This document shows positions 52,296 to 61,690 of a stretch of 64,000 bases of DNA, one piece after another. The translations under genes and the position numbers were made by a program. The DNA lies in NCBI GenBank assembly GCA_026395685.1, contig JAPLYG010000013.1:387-64386 (forward strand), read 5' to 3'. The first letter of the stretch is position 1. The number at the start of each line of letters is the position of its first letter. This stretch comes from Candidatus Parcubacteria bacterium. Its GTDB lineage: Bacteria > Patescibacteriota > Patescibacteriia > CAIXNZ01. The notes under the pieces were generated by a model. That model was not told the origin of the DNA. It saw only the letters and a program-made list of their open reading frames with translations, and did no database searches.

Positions 52296-52910
52296 TTATC
52301 TAATCCCTGAATCGCAGGAAAAATCAATTTTTAAATTTGCTGCTGAAGTCACTGTCACATCCTGAGCTTCACAACGAGGCAAAACTCTGCCGCCACTGGG
52401 CTGAAAATTATATTCGCCCACCGGTAAAACAACCTGATATCTGCCCTGTTCATCTGTTTGAATAACTTTATAAGGCGCGCCAGCCGGGCTATTACGATCA
52501 ATGATTTGAATGCCGGTTTGATATGGTTTATCAGCGCAAGCCGGATCAGGCGGATTTTTCATGACCGGACAAGTCGGTTCCAATATAACCTGACCGCTGA
52601 CAGTGCCTGTCTTGGATTCTGTGGGACAAGCGCTAAACTCGCAATTGGGACCTGTACGACCGACTGCCGAACCATCAGGACACAGTTTGGCTTCCATGCT
52701 ACAGGCTATTTGGTTTGTATTGTTTAAATTACCATCAATAAGCTCCACAAAATTCTGGCCATTGGCTCGGCATTGTCTGGGATATGATTCCATAACAGGA
52801 TTACCTGCTGCAACGCAGGATTCAAAGTCAGTGACTTTAGCTGGCGTTTTAAAAAGGCTGCAAGCGGAAAGTAAAAACGCTAACGATAAAACGAAAAAAA
52901 CTTTTTTCAT
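52296..52910 (-). CDS. Lipoprotein with Cys-rich modules
   Basis: Lipobox LSAC; CVAAGNPVMESYPRQC; CSMEAKLCPDGS; PTCPV. Confidence 0.8.
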   Translation of the reverse strand: MKKVFFVLSLAFLLSACSLFKTPAKVTDFESCVAAGNPVMESYPRQCRANGQNFVELIDGNLNNTNQIACSMEAKLCPDGSAVGRTGPNCEFSACPTESKTGTVSGQVILEPTCPVMKNPPDPACADKPYQTGIQIIDRNSPAGAPYKVIQTDEQGRYQVVLPVGEYNFQPSGGRVLPRCEAQDVTVTSAANLKIDFSCDSGIR

Positions 52911-52920
52911 ATTGATTAAA

Positions 52921-53268
52921 TTAATTAGTATAGACTTTAAAAACCTTCTGCATTTCTTTTATCCAGCATTTTAATCTTTCATCTTCGTTCGCGTCAGCAT
53001 CTAATTTTCCCAATTCAACCGCGTATTCAAAAAATCCTTCAGCCGGCTGATTAGCTTCTCGCAGGGTAACTAAAGAGGAAAGCATGACATCATCTTTATC
53101 TAAAGTTAAGATGTTAATTTCCCCCAGCATGTGGGAGCCCGTATTCCTATCCTTGGGATTTTCGCAATTCAGCCCTATTTTGTCATATAAATCCTTATAA
53201 TAAATTGCCTGTTTATTTCTGGCGCAATTTTCTAAAATTTGCAAAGCTTTTAATGCTTTAGCGTTCAT
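52921..53268 (-). CDS. Hypothetical protein, possibly winged-helix-like
   Basis: IYYKDLYDKIGL...MLSSLV...PAEGFF; directly follows the specificity gene. Confidence 0.6.
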   Translation of the reverse strand: MNAKALKALQILENCARNKQAIYYKDLYDKIGLNCENPKDRNTGSHMLGEINILTLDKDDVMLSSLVTLREANQPAEGFFEYAVELGKLDADANEDERLKCWIKEMQKVFKVYTN

Positions 53269-53311
53269 AAATTTAATAATATTTAATTTAAAAATATTTT
53301 AGATGAGATTT

Positions 53312-54640
53312 TCATTTTTTCTTCTCAATCTCCTCCTCCACCCTCTTTTTCGCCTCCTCCAATAATTCTTTAGCTTCTTTTCTTAATTTAAAAGATTCAT
53401 TGACCAAATCAGCGATTTTTTGCTGGGTTTTAAGGGGTAAAATTGGGATAATTGTATTTTCAACCTGATCAGGCCGCCAATGGATAATAATTGAACCGCC
53501 AGCGTCTCGTTCAATTTGCATTTGGCAAATCAAAGAATTTAATACTAACGATAAATATTGAGGGACTAAATTTTTATCCTTAATTTTGAGTCGTAAGATT
53601 CCACCCGAAATTATGCCTTCAACATCTCGCCCTAATAAAACCGTGATGCCCGGAGTCGCATCCTTGCTTAATAAAATCTCGCCTTTTTGCGGCTGATATT
53701 TATCTTTCAATTCATTATACAATTTTTCGCTCAAAAACTGCTGATTATTGTCATTCAAGCCGAATTTAGACATATTAGAAACGCGAATAAAGGGTTTCCC
53801 TTCCTCCACATATTCTTCACTACCAGGCTCAATCCCCTTTTGCCAGGAAACCAAATCGCTTAATTTTTCCTTCTTAACTTTTATTTTACTTAAAATATTT
53901 TCGTACTTCGGCTGAAAAAATTCCGCATCAATGCGCTCAGATCGCAAGCAATCCTTTAAAGTAGTTGTAAATGACAAATCTTCTTCCGATTTTAAATCCT
54001 TAATGCCTAATTCTTCAAGCAGCAAATCTTCGGCTTGAGCGTACTGTGAGTTTGACTTTTCAAATATTTTATCTGCTTTAACATATAATTTTTCAAAAAT
54101 ATCAAGATTTTTCAATAACGGCATTACAATATTTTCGACATTACCAGTGTTTAAATGTAATTGACCTGTCGCGCCGGTAATTTCACGATTAATTTGAAAT
54201 TGTCCATACTTACTCTTTAAAAAAGCCCAAATGTAAAAGGAATTAATTTTTGATTCTCTTATTACTGTAACTTCTGACACAGTGCCCTTTGAATCATTAG
54301 CACCTGTAAAAATATTAACCTTACCTATTGAACCAAAACCTATCGATGAAATTAAAATATCATTCTTCCTCAGGTAAAAAATATTATCGTCTTTTGCGTT
54401 CAACAAATCCCCACTAAGAAAGAAATTAGAGTCTAAATCCCCTGATCTGACAATTGGCACCTCAAAATCGCCGTATTCCTTAGGCGTATTTCCCCGCAAA
54501 ATAGAGGCGGCATCGCCTAGTGAAATAACTTTAAATTTTTTTATTTTATTTAGATATTCCAAATACTCCGGTTGATAGTATTCCGGGTCTAGGCGCAGGG
54601 CGCCTTCGAGGTGGGATTTGGGGATTATTGAGTAGGTCAT
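53312..54640 (-). CDS. Restriction-modification specificity (S) subunit with two TRDs
   Basis: RLDPEYYQPEY / RIDAEFFQPKY repeats; IPILPLKTQQKIADLV. Confidence 0.88.
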   Translation of the reverse strand: MTYSIIPKSHLEGALRLDPEYYQPEYLEYLNKIKKFKVISLGDAASILRGNTPKEYGDFEVPIVRSGDLDSNFFLSGDLLNAKDDNIFYLRKNDILISSIGFGSIGKVNIFTGANDSKGTVSEVTVIRESKINSFYIWAFLKSKYGQFQINREITGATGQLHLNTGNVENIVMPLLKNLDIFEKLYVKADKIFEKSNSQYAQAEDLLLEELGIKDLKSEEDLSFTTTLKDCLRSERIDAEFFQPKYENILSKIKVKKEKLSDLVSWQKGIEPGSEEYVEEGKPFIRVSNMSKFGLNDNNQQFLSEKLYNELKDKYQPQKGEILLSKDATPGITVLLGRDVEGIISGGILRLKIKDKNLVPQYLSLVLNSLICQMQIERDAGGSIIIHWRPDQVENTIIPILPLKTQQKIADLVNESFKLRKEAKELLEEAKKRVEEEIEKKK

Positions 54641-54649
54641 ATTACTATT

Positions 54650-55558
54650 TTATTTTATTACATCTTCTGATTCTAATTTAACGCCATTGGAGTATATCGT
54701 TCCAACATTCTTAAGAAATTCCACAAAAGACTTATCATTTACAATAAAAGTAGTTCTGTTTTCAGAAGATATTGTTATTGAATCTCTAATAACCCCATAA
54801 TTAATAAAATCTGGTAAGGGGAACTCATATGATAACCATTTCTTTTCTTCCATATCTATATCTTTAAAATTAACATCCCCATTTTGTATTTTCTTGTAAT
54901 CCAATTTTGTTAAATAGAGATTGGCGGTTGTTACCACTACTGGTAAATAAATAAAATGTTTAAACTGTAAAAAATTCACTTTATTACTAATTCCTTCAAT
55001 ATATTTTGGGATTTTATTTTCCAGCGCATATGAACCATGAGCTGCTTGTCTAATAGCTTTATAAATCTTATCGTCCTGATTTCTATTAATAGTAGTGAGC
55101 TTATCATTAGTTTCAATAGATTGATTGCAATAATTGAAATCACCAATCAAGCGATACCCTAAATCGGGAAACGTGAGTTGCCTCGTTAAATACTTCCTTT
55201 CATACATTAAATTATTATCGATTATATCTGAAAAAATAAAAAGCGGCTTTTTGTCTAAACTTTCGTTTAAAAATATCCAATTTTTGATATTACTATTTGC
55301 CTTTTTACATTCTATTATTAGAAATAATAAAGTTTTTTCTTCAATTCCTTTTACACCCCTGACGGCCACAATATCAATACTACCATGAGCGCCTAAAATG
55401 GGACCATTTGAACTCGGATGTGTATAGGGAAACTCGGATACTGCTTTAAATATCCATGATCCATGATCTTGATCACAATTTCTAATAGTATCTAGACACC
55501 ATTTTTGAAATGGATATCCCGTTTCATTTAATAATTTTACTGCTTTCTCTTTTTCCAT
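54650..55558 (-). CDS. Putative PD-(D/E)XK nuclease
   Basis: TGYPFQ...SIDIVA...IIECKK...YLPVVVTTANLY; start MEKEKAV at 55558. Confidence 0.6.
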   Translation of the reverse strand: MEKEKAVKLLNETGYPFQKWCLDTIRNCDQDHGSWIFKAVSEFPYTHPSSNGPILGAHGSIDIVAVRGVKGIEEKTLLFLIIECKKANSNIKNWIFLNESLDKKPLFIFSDIIDNNLMYERKYLTRQLTFPDLGYRLIGDFNYCNQSIETNDKLTTINRNQDDKIYKAIRQAAHGSYALENKIPKYIEGISNKVNFLQFKHFIYLPVVVTTANLYLTKLDYKKIQNGDVNFKDIDMEEKKWLSYEFPLPDFINYGVIRDSITISSENRTTFIVNDKSFVEFLKNVGTIYSNGVKLESEDVIK

Positions 55559-55559
55559 A

Positions 55560-56126
55560 TTATTTATTTTCTCTAATTTTCTTCCTTTCGTCTGCAATTG
55601 AGGGTGCCACATAAAGAACCTGACAAAATTGTTTAAGTAATTCTAATATATCCTCTGCATCAGATTTATTTATATCAGTATCCGTACCTGGTTTTCTAGG
55701 ATGCGCCGCATCATTCCCTACCAACCGCACTTCATGAGCCCAATCTTTTAAATCTTTAGTTATAATACCTTGAGAAAATAGCCATTCGATTTGTTTTTCC
55801 AGTTTATCCTTTTCATCTGCTCCTTTATCTAGACAAATATTCTGTATAGCTCTTCTTGCCATCACAGAGGCAGCCCTGAATGCACTAGCAGAAAAGCAAA
55901 TATTCGCCTCCTCAAAATCTTTTCTTATTGGTTCTAATATCCTAGAATCTATGGGCTCAGGTAATGGCATAGGATATTTTTCACTACTGTGATTATTTAC
56001 TAAAATTACTTTCTGACAAGAATTGCACTGCCCCATCCAATATTCACCGTGTATAGAATTAAAGCCGCCCCGATTTGATAGTTCTACATATTTATGACAA
56101 TAAGGACAATAAATGGATGTATTCAT
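55560..56126 (-). CDS. DUF4145 (HEPN-like) domain protein with N-terminal Zn ribbon
   Basis: CPYC...CNSC; RAASVMARRAIQ; EVRLVGNDAAH. Confidence 0.85.
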   Translation of the reverse strand: MNTSIYCPYCHKYVELSNRGGFNSIHGEYWMGQCNSCQKVILVNNHSSEKYPMPLPEPIDSRILEPIRKDFEEANICFSASAFRAASVMARRAIQNICLDKGADEKDKLEKQIEWLFSQGIITKDLKDWAHEVRLVGNDAAHPRKPGTDTDINKSDAEDILELLKQFCQVLYVAPSIADERKKIRENK

Positions 56127-56139
56127 AATTTTAAATAAA

Positions 56140-58083
56140 TTAAAAATTTAAATTTTCCTTTTTCGCAAACTTCAAAAATTCTTCGGCAATTTCATCCAAA
56201 TCATGATCTAAAACCTTCTTGCCCTTCATATCAACCGCCAATTTTCCTTCGGCATCTTTTTTATAAACATAATCCCCTGAATTGTCTTTGCCTGACTTTT
56301 GAGATACGGCCATGAAAATATTATAATCCTTAGGCGCTTTTTCCTTCTCTTTGAATTTCTGCAAAAATAAAACCGAAGTTTTGGTGCCGGTATGCGGTTT
56401 AAAAGTGTTTACATTCAACCCGACTACGGCTAAAATTCTCGCCTTGTCCATTAAAAATTGCCGCACGTGTTGCATGTTAGTATTATTAAAAACGCCTTGG
56501 GGTAAAACAATAGCTAGTCTGCCACCCGGCTTAACCAATTGTACTGAACGCTCAATAAATAAAATATGGCGTTCCATTTTATTTTTTAATTTACCAGCTT
56601 CATTTTTTGACAATTCATACTGATTTAAAAGCGTCTTCTCGATTATTTCTCCCGCAAACGGAGGATTTGATAGCAATATATCATAATCAAAGAACCTGAA
56701 GTTCTCCTGATTATCTTTATTTTTATCATAGTCATCAAATTTATGCAGCAAATTTCTTAATTCGCCTCTGGCCCTTTCCTTTTCAGCCTCATTCCCCATC
56801 CAATCCCTAGGATTTAAAGAATTTAATTTAAAAATATGGGTTTTACCATCACCGGCAATCAGCATTAATGCTCGTGAAATTTTAACTGATTTATCGTCAA
56901 AATCAATGCCAAACAGATATTTTTTCGCATAATCGCTCATAGCCTCTCGATCCATATGCAAGTAATTATCATAAACATAACGCATGGCGTGGATTAAAAA
57001 TCCGCCGGAACCGCAGGCAGGGTCAATAACATATTCATTCGGCTGAGGGCTTAGCATTTTTACCGCCATATTAATTACATGGCGAGGCGTAAAATACTGC
57101 CCCTTTTTACCTTTAGCAACATCGGGCAATAAATACTCGAAAGCCGAATCAATGACTTCAAGATTAGCATCATATAATTTAATTTTTTCCAATTGCCCCA
57201 CGCAGACGTCCAGATGATTGGGTGACAGTTCTATTTTCTCATAATCATTAAAAATCCCCGGCCATTCTTTCCTGGCTGAATCAAATAATTTGCTGACTTG
57301 CGCCATGGTCAATTCAGGATCCTTATACTGTCTGAAATATAAAATCTTTTTTTCACGCTTTTTAGCTTCTTTTTCATCAAAAAGTTTGGCGTATATCAAT
57401 TTAAAAATTTCATTAAAACTATCCACGCCGGAATTTGCCAGAACTAATTCTTCTAAGATTTTAATAATATCCACCAAATCGAATTCGCTTTCAAGGTCGG
57501 ACAAAGTCACATCCTCAGTCAAAACATCCTCAATTGACTGATCGGCTCTGGGAATATCCCTTAAGGTATTTTCAAATTCATGCGGGTGAGATCGGTATAA
57601 AATGACTCTTTCATTGCCATTTGACCAGACTCCGATTGGCGCTCCCTCAGAATTTACATAGCTTTTTAATTGTTCCAAGCCTTTCTTCTCATCCGGGCTT
57701 TTTAACTCAATAATCACCCAAGGAGTCTCCTTATCTTTTTGATAAATTACAATATCAGCGGCTTTACCATGTATTTCTCGGCCAAAATGGATATCCTTTT
57801 CAATTCCAATGCGGTCTATCGGGTAACCATAATCCTTAATAATCTTATGAAGCCACAGCTGGCGGATAATTTCCTCCGGTTTACTTAAATTTTTTTCCTC
57901 ATTATAAACTAAAATATCCTTAGCGCGCACAGGATCCTTGATATAATACTTCCCCTCTTCAACTTCAAAAATATCCAAAACATCGCCAAGCTTAATGCCC
58001 TTAAATTCTTTTAACCCATACTGAACATCGGGATCTTTAAAAATTTTACTTATGATTTGATTGGATAACTCTTTCTTAAGCAT
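56140..58083 (-). CDS. Fused restriction endonuclease (HsdR_N-type) and N6-adenine methyltransferase
   Basis: PEEIIRQ...ADIVIY...IIELK; GQYFTPR; DPACGSGGF; NPPF. Confidence 0.92.
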   Translation of the reverse strand: MLKKELSNQIISKIFKDPDVQYGLKEFKGIKLGDVLDIFEVEEGKYYIKDPVRAKDILVYNEEKNLSKPEEIIRQLWLHKIIKDYGYPIDRIGIEKDIHFGREIHGKAADIVIYQKDKETPWVIIELKSPDEKKGLEQLKSYVNSEGAPIGVWSNGNERVILYRSHPHEFENTLRDIPRADQSIEDVLTEDVTLSDLESEFDLVDIIKILEELVLANSGVDSFNEIFKLIYAKLFDEKEAKKREKKILYFRQYKDPELTMAQVSKLFDSARKEWPGIFNDYEKIELSPNHLDVCVGQLEKIKLYDANLEVIDSAFEYLLPDVAKGKKGQYFTPRHVINMAVKMLSPQPNEYVIDPACGSGGFLIHAMRYVYDNYLHMDREAMSDYAKKYLFGIDFDDKSVKISRALMLIAGDGKTHIFKLNSLNPRDWMGNEAEKERARGELRNLLHKFDDYDKNKDNQENFRFFDYDILLSNPPFAGEIIEKTLLNQYELSKNEAGKLKNKMERHILFIERSVQLVKPGGRLAIVLPQGVFNNTNMQHVRQFLMDKARILAVVGLNVNTFKPHTGTKTSVLFLQKFKEKEKAPKDYNIFMAVSQKSGKDNSGDYVYKKDAEGKLAVDMKGKKVLDHDLDEIAEEFLKFAKKENLNF

Positions 58084-58699
58084 AATTTCTTGATAAATTT
58101 TTAATTAATTTACCTAAAATATAAGTTTCCTCAGTCACCGGTATTCTTTCATATTTAGGATTTTCAGGCTGAAAATATGTTTTTTTATCACGATTTATTA
58201 ATCTTTTAACGGTGGTTCCATCCATGGTTCTGGCAAGAACGATTTCATTATCTTTAAATTCCTTGGCTTTAGTAAAAAGCAGCAAATCGCCGTCCAAAAT
58301 ATTGGCGCCTATCATGGAATCCCCATAAGCCTTTATAATTATTAAGTCACAAGAAAACTGATGAACTTCCGGTGATAGTTCCATCCAAACATCTCTTTGC
58401 TCAAATAATTCTACCAAAGGCCCGCACGAGCCCAGACCAGCCACATTAACTAAGGGCATAACATCTAGTGATTCAAACCCCCGTTGTAAAATATTAATAG
58501 ATCTGGCCAGGCCTTCATTGCGCTTAATCATTTTTTTGTCTTCTAATTTCTCCAACAAATCCAAAACCGCCTGGTTTGAGCTGACACCAAGTTCTTTTTT
58601 CATTTCTTCAAATGACGGGATATTGCCTTCAGCTTTAAGCCAATCGTAGATAATTTGAAGTAATTGCTTTTGTCTGTGGGAGATAATTGAGGTTTTCAT
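58076..58699 (-). CDS. lexA: LexA-family repressor
   Basis: N-terminal wHTH (PSFEEMKKELGVSS...ARSI); Cys-Gly putative cleavage site; GDSM Ser and TVKR Lys. Confidence 0.85.
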   Translation of the reverse strand: MKTSIISHRQKQLLQIIYDWLKAEGNIPSFEEMKKELGVSSNQAVLDLLEKLEDKKMIKRNEGLARSINILQRGFESLDVMPLVNVAGLGSCGPLVELFEQRDVWMELSPEVHQFSCDLIIIKAYGDSMIGANILDGDLLLFTKAKEFKDNEIVLARTMDGTTVKRLINRDKKTYFQPENPKYERIPVTEETYILGKLIKNLSRNYA

Positions 58700-58707
58700 A
58701 TACTTAT

Positions 58708-58736
58708 ATTCTACTGACCATTTAGTCAGCCGTCAA
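58708..58736 (-). promoter_or_regulatory. lexA promoter with palindromic operator in the spacer
   Basis: TTGACG-17 bp-TAGAAT; CTGAC-N6-GTCAG at 58714-58729. Confidence 0.75.
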
Positions 58737-58791
58737 CTAATGTTATCCACAAAAAAATACCGGCTAACCAGTATTTAATTATAATCTCAAA

Positions 58792-59010
58792 TTATTTGAT
58801 TTTCGCCTTAACTTTCGCCTCCACCTTAGCCTTTTTCACTTTCTCCGCATGACAGTGATACTTCCCATTTTTTAGTCCCCAACTTTTACAATTCGTCTTA
58901 CAAACATGACAACCTGAAGCATTGGTCCTGCCCGGATGCGCGTAGGCGCCGAAAGGCAGAATCAAAGCCAATACTAATATTATTAATAAAAATTGTATTT
59001 TTCTGGTCAT
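58792..59010 (-). CDS. Small secreted YHYH-like protein
   Basis: Signal peptide, then HPGRTNASGCH...YHCH; start MTRKIQ at 59010. Confidence 0.75.
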   Translation of the reverse strand: MTRKIQFLLIILVLALILPFGAYAHPGRTNASGCHVCKTNCKSWGLKNGKYHCHAEKVKKAKVEAKVKAKIK

Positions 59011-59014
59011 ATTT

Positions 59015-59287
59015 TTAATAATTTTCTTCAACATATGCCTGGCATCCTTCAATAAAAGACTGAGACTTTCCGCTACAATCATCAACGTCATCAATCCCCT
59101 TTTCTTCAGCCCAATCATAACCAGCTTCATGTCCGCTACAGTCGTCTGTACATTCATAACCGTAAAAAGTATTTTCATCTGAAGAATAATCCACTGAATC
59201 GTAACTATCACCAGTAGAAGAACAGCCACTTAAAATCAAAAGTAAAGATACTACAAATAGCAAATTTTGGATGCTGGATTTATACAT
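59015..59287 (-). CDS. Small acidic lipoprotein
   Basis: Lipobox LSGC; CTDDCSGHEAGYDWA. Confidence 0.75.
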   Translation of the reverse strand: MYKSSIQNLLFVVSLLLILSGCSSTGDSYDSVDYSSDENTFYGYECTDDCSGHEAGYDWAEEKGIDDVDDCSGKSQSFIEGCQAYVEENY

Positions 59288-59288
59288 A

Positions 59289-59510
59289 TTATGGCATGAT
59301 TGTTACTATAATTACAGCCGCAGAAGCAATTATCACAACGGACAAAAGTACCACCACTCCCCAATTCTTGTTTTTAATCTCTTCCCACTCGTTAATCGGA
59401 GTCAGCCAGGCAAAAATTTTCAGCATAATGCCCAAAGAAATGGCCATGGAAATCGCGCCGGTCAAAGCCCAGCCAAATGTAATTAAATACTGTTTTAAGA
59501 TGAATAGCAT
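59289..59510 (-). CDS. DUF350-like small membrane protein
   Basis: LTPINEWEEIKNKNWGV between two TM helices. Confidence 0.75.
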   Translation of the reverse strand: MLFILKQYLITFGWALTGAISMAISLGIMLKIFAWLTPINEWEEIKNKNWGVVVLLSVVIIASAAVIIVTIMP

Positions 59511-59724
59511 AAAATTTATCTCAATATTATTTATAGGTTGGTTAACATTGATATTGAGGTTTTATGAGGTTCTATGAGGTTATATTAAGTTGGATGAGGT
59601 TGCTGGAGAAGGATGAAGGGTGGAGTTGAAAGTTCAAAATTAAAAATTTCCGCTATGGTCTTTAGTTTAAACTTAATAATTTTATTTTACGCTATATTTA
59701 CACTAAATTCAATATCTTGAAAAT

Positions 59725-59818
59725 GGGCGAAAATGGCTGTGTAATTAGGGATCCAATTCCCTCGGGGATTGGATTCCGTTGCTCGCGGTCCCTGACATCA
59801 TCAATACAGCCATTTTCT
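59725..59818. repeat. Nested stem-loop element
   Basis: GAAAATGGCTGT...ACAGCCATTTTC enclosing further hairpins. Confidence 0.65.
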
Positions 59819-59821
59819 CTC

Positions 59822-59865
59822 AAAAAAAAAGCGCCCCGAGTCCCGCAATGCGGGACGAGGGGCGC
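59822..59865 (-). terminator. Intrinsic terminator
   Basis: A-tract on + strand, then GCGCCCC..GTCCCGCA-A-TGCGGGAC..GGGGCGC. Confidence 0.75.
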
Positions 59866-59884
59866 AGGAATGGTGCGCTGGATT

Positions 59885-60253
59885 TCAGCACTTAACTTGT
59901 AAGTCAGCTGGCTGGCGACGATTGCCCATCCAAAAGCCGATGGCCATGAAAAAGACCTGGGGCGCAGCCATGACGATCATCAGATCATACCATTGGTACG
60001 GCATCTGCTGGCAGAACCTGGCCGTCAATACTGCTGTCGACGCGGCGATGATAACCATCACACACCCGAATCCCAAATCCCAAGCCGCGGGCAGGCTAAG
60101 GCCGAGCAGGAAAGCGGCGACCGTGAACATGCCCAAAGCCGTTCCCACATCCAGCCAGGGATGCTGAGCCAATAGTCCTCCTTTGGTGAAGGCAATGACC
60201 TGAAACGAAAAGAGCCACAAACAAATACCAAGTAACCGCGAATTTTTCAACAT
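59885..60253 (-). CDS. GC-rich orphan membrane protein
   Basis: AAGGAGG before ATG at 60253; about four TM helices. Confidence 0.65.
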   Translation of the reverse strand: MLKNSRLLGICLWLFSFQVIAFTKGGLLAQHPWLDVGTALGMFTVAAFLLGLSLPAAWDLGFGCVMVIIAASTAVLTARFCQQMPYQWYDLMIVMAAPQVFFMAIGFWMGNRRQPADLQVKC

Positions 60254-60437
60254 TCTCCCTCCTCCTTGCCCAGAACCTATGCGCAAACGCATGGCTCTGG
60301 ACTGGTTAAGTTGTTGTTTCCTGGTCTGTGTAGCCCAGACAATTTAAAACCGCGCTTGCAATACGATGCATATTAAACACATTGCCACTGAGACTCTTTA
60401 CATCTCATTCTAGACTTTTGGCAAGAAAAAATCAAGG

Positions 60438-60525
60438 GGGCGAAAAGGGCATTGTTCCCGGACGGTAGAGACATGGCATGCCATGTCTCTACCAATGGGT
60501 GTAACCCATACAGCCCTTTTCGCCC
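60438..60525. repeat. REP palindrome nested in an outer stem
   Basis: GTAGAGACATGGCATGCCATGTCTCTAC at 60465-60492 inside GGGCGAAAAGGGC...GCCCTTTTCGCCC. Confidence 0.85.
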
Positions 60526-60656
60526 TACAAAAAAATCTTTCCGCGGGGAAAGATTTCTTGAATTAAAAGTTCAAAGTGCAAAATTTAAAGTTACAGTTAA
60601 TAATTTAAATTTTTGGAACATTTAATTTTAAATAAAAAATACCTAAATTTTTAAAT

Positions 60657-61679
60657 TTATCTCGCAGACAAAACCGGCTCCCCCATTTTATAATTGATGA
60701 AAAAAGCATCAGATACATCATCAATTTTATTTTTCCAATATGTTCCATAAAGCGCAGTCGCAGTATCAGCAGATTCAATCCAGCGCAAGACTCCTCCATG
60801 CTCAACAGCATAAACTTTGGTATCGGATTGAATCTTGACCATTTTAATGCCCGGACGATAAGTCACATTGCCGCCCAGAGGTATATTAGCCAGCTGCTCG
60901 GCAGTGACAACAGTTACTCCGCTGAAACTGCTAAACCAGGTGTAATAAACCTTGTCAGTGGGAAAAACATAACGCTTAGCGTCTGCCCCGCAAAAATAAA
61001 CCGTGGTAGACCCGCTAAGCTTGATTCTGGAACCGGAAACACAAGTCGCGGGCGTGGCACCAACAACCAAGCTCTTGTCAGTATTGATATCAGGACTGGC
61101 ATTTAATGAATCAGTAATGCTATAACTGCCGGGATAACGCGCGTTAACTAGACTTAAATAAGGATTAATGGCAGTGTTGTCAGGCAAGCGAATCTCAAAA
61201 TGCAAATGCGGGCCGACATTTTCAGCATTGCCGCTATCACCCATCCAGCCGATTAGCTGTCCTTTGGTAACTGTTGCTCCATGGACAATGCCCGGCGCAT
61301 AAGCATTGGCTATGCCGCCCAGACCGTCATCAGTGCCGGGCGTATCATTGTTAACATGCAAATAATGATAAGTATAATGATCGCTGTCTTCCAAAGAAAT
61401 GGCATAGCCGTAGTCAGCTTCGGGATCAACAACATAGCGCACTCGCCCGTCAATGCAAGAATATAAGGGCATCATTTTCGTGCCCATCAGATCAATACCT
61501 TCATGCAGATGACCACTCCGGGCATCGCCGAAACTGTCAGTAAAAGTCACTGACTGTTCAGTCGGAAAAAAGATTGATCGCGTTTCCTGAGCCGAAGCAT
61601 TGGTGCCGATAAAAATTAAAACTAAAACAATGACGGGAATTATGGTAAACAGCATTTTTTTAGTTAGCTTTTTTTTCAT
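60657..61679 (-). CDS. M23 family metallopeptidase
   Basis: HEGID and HLHFEIR; signal peptide. Confidence 0.9.
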   Translation of the reverse strand: MKKKLTKKMLFTIIPVIVLVLIFIGTNASAQETRSIFFPTEQSVTFTDSFGDARSGHLHEGIDLMGTKMMPLYSCIDGRVRYVVDPEADYGYAISLEDSDHYTYHYLHVNNDTPGTDDGLGGIANAYAPGIVHGATVTKGQLIGWMGDSGNAENVGPHLHFEIRLPDNTAINPYLSLVNARYPGSYSITDSLNASPDINTDKSLVVGATPATCVSGSRIKLSGSTTVYFCGADAKRYVFPTDKVYYTWFSSFSGVTVVTAEQLANIPLGGNVTYRPGIKMVKIQSDTKVYAVEHGGVLRWIESADTATALYGTYWKNKIDDVSDAFFINYKMGEPVLSAR

Positions 61680-61690
61680 ATAGTAAAAAA

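Noticed and set aside
44401-52832. Diversity-generating retroelement TR/VR pair
   Set aside because: Differences between the two copies are not adenine-specific, both lie in mid-gene coding modules, and no reverse transcriptase is present in the window
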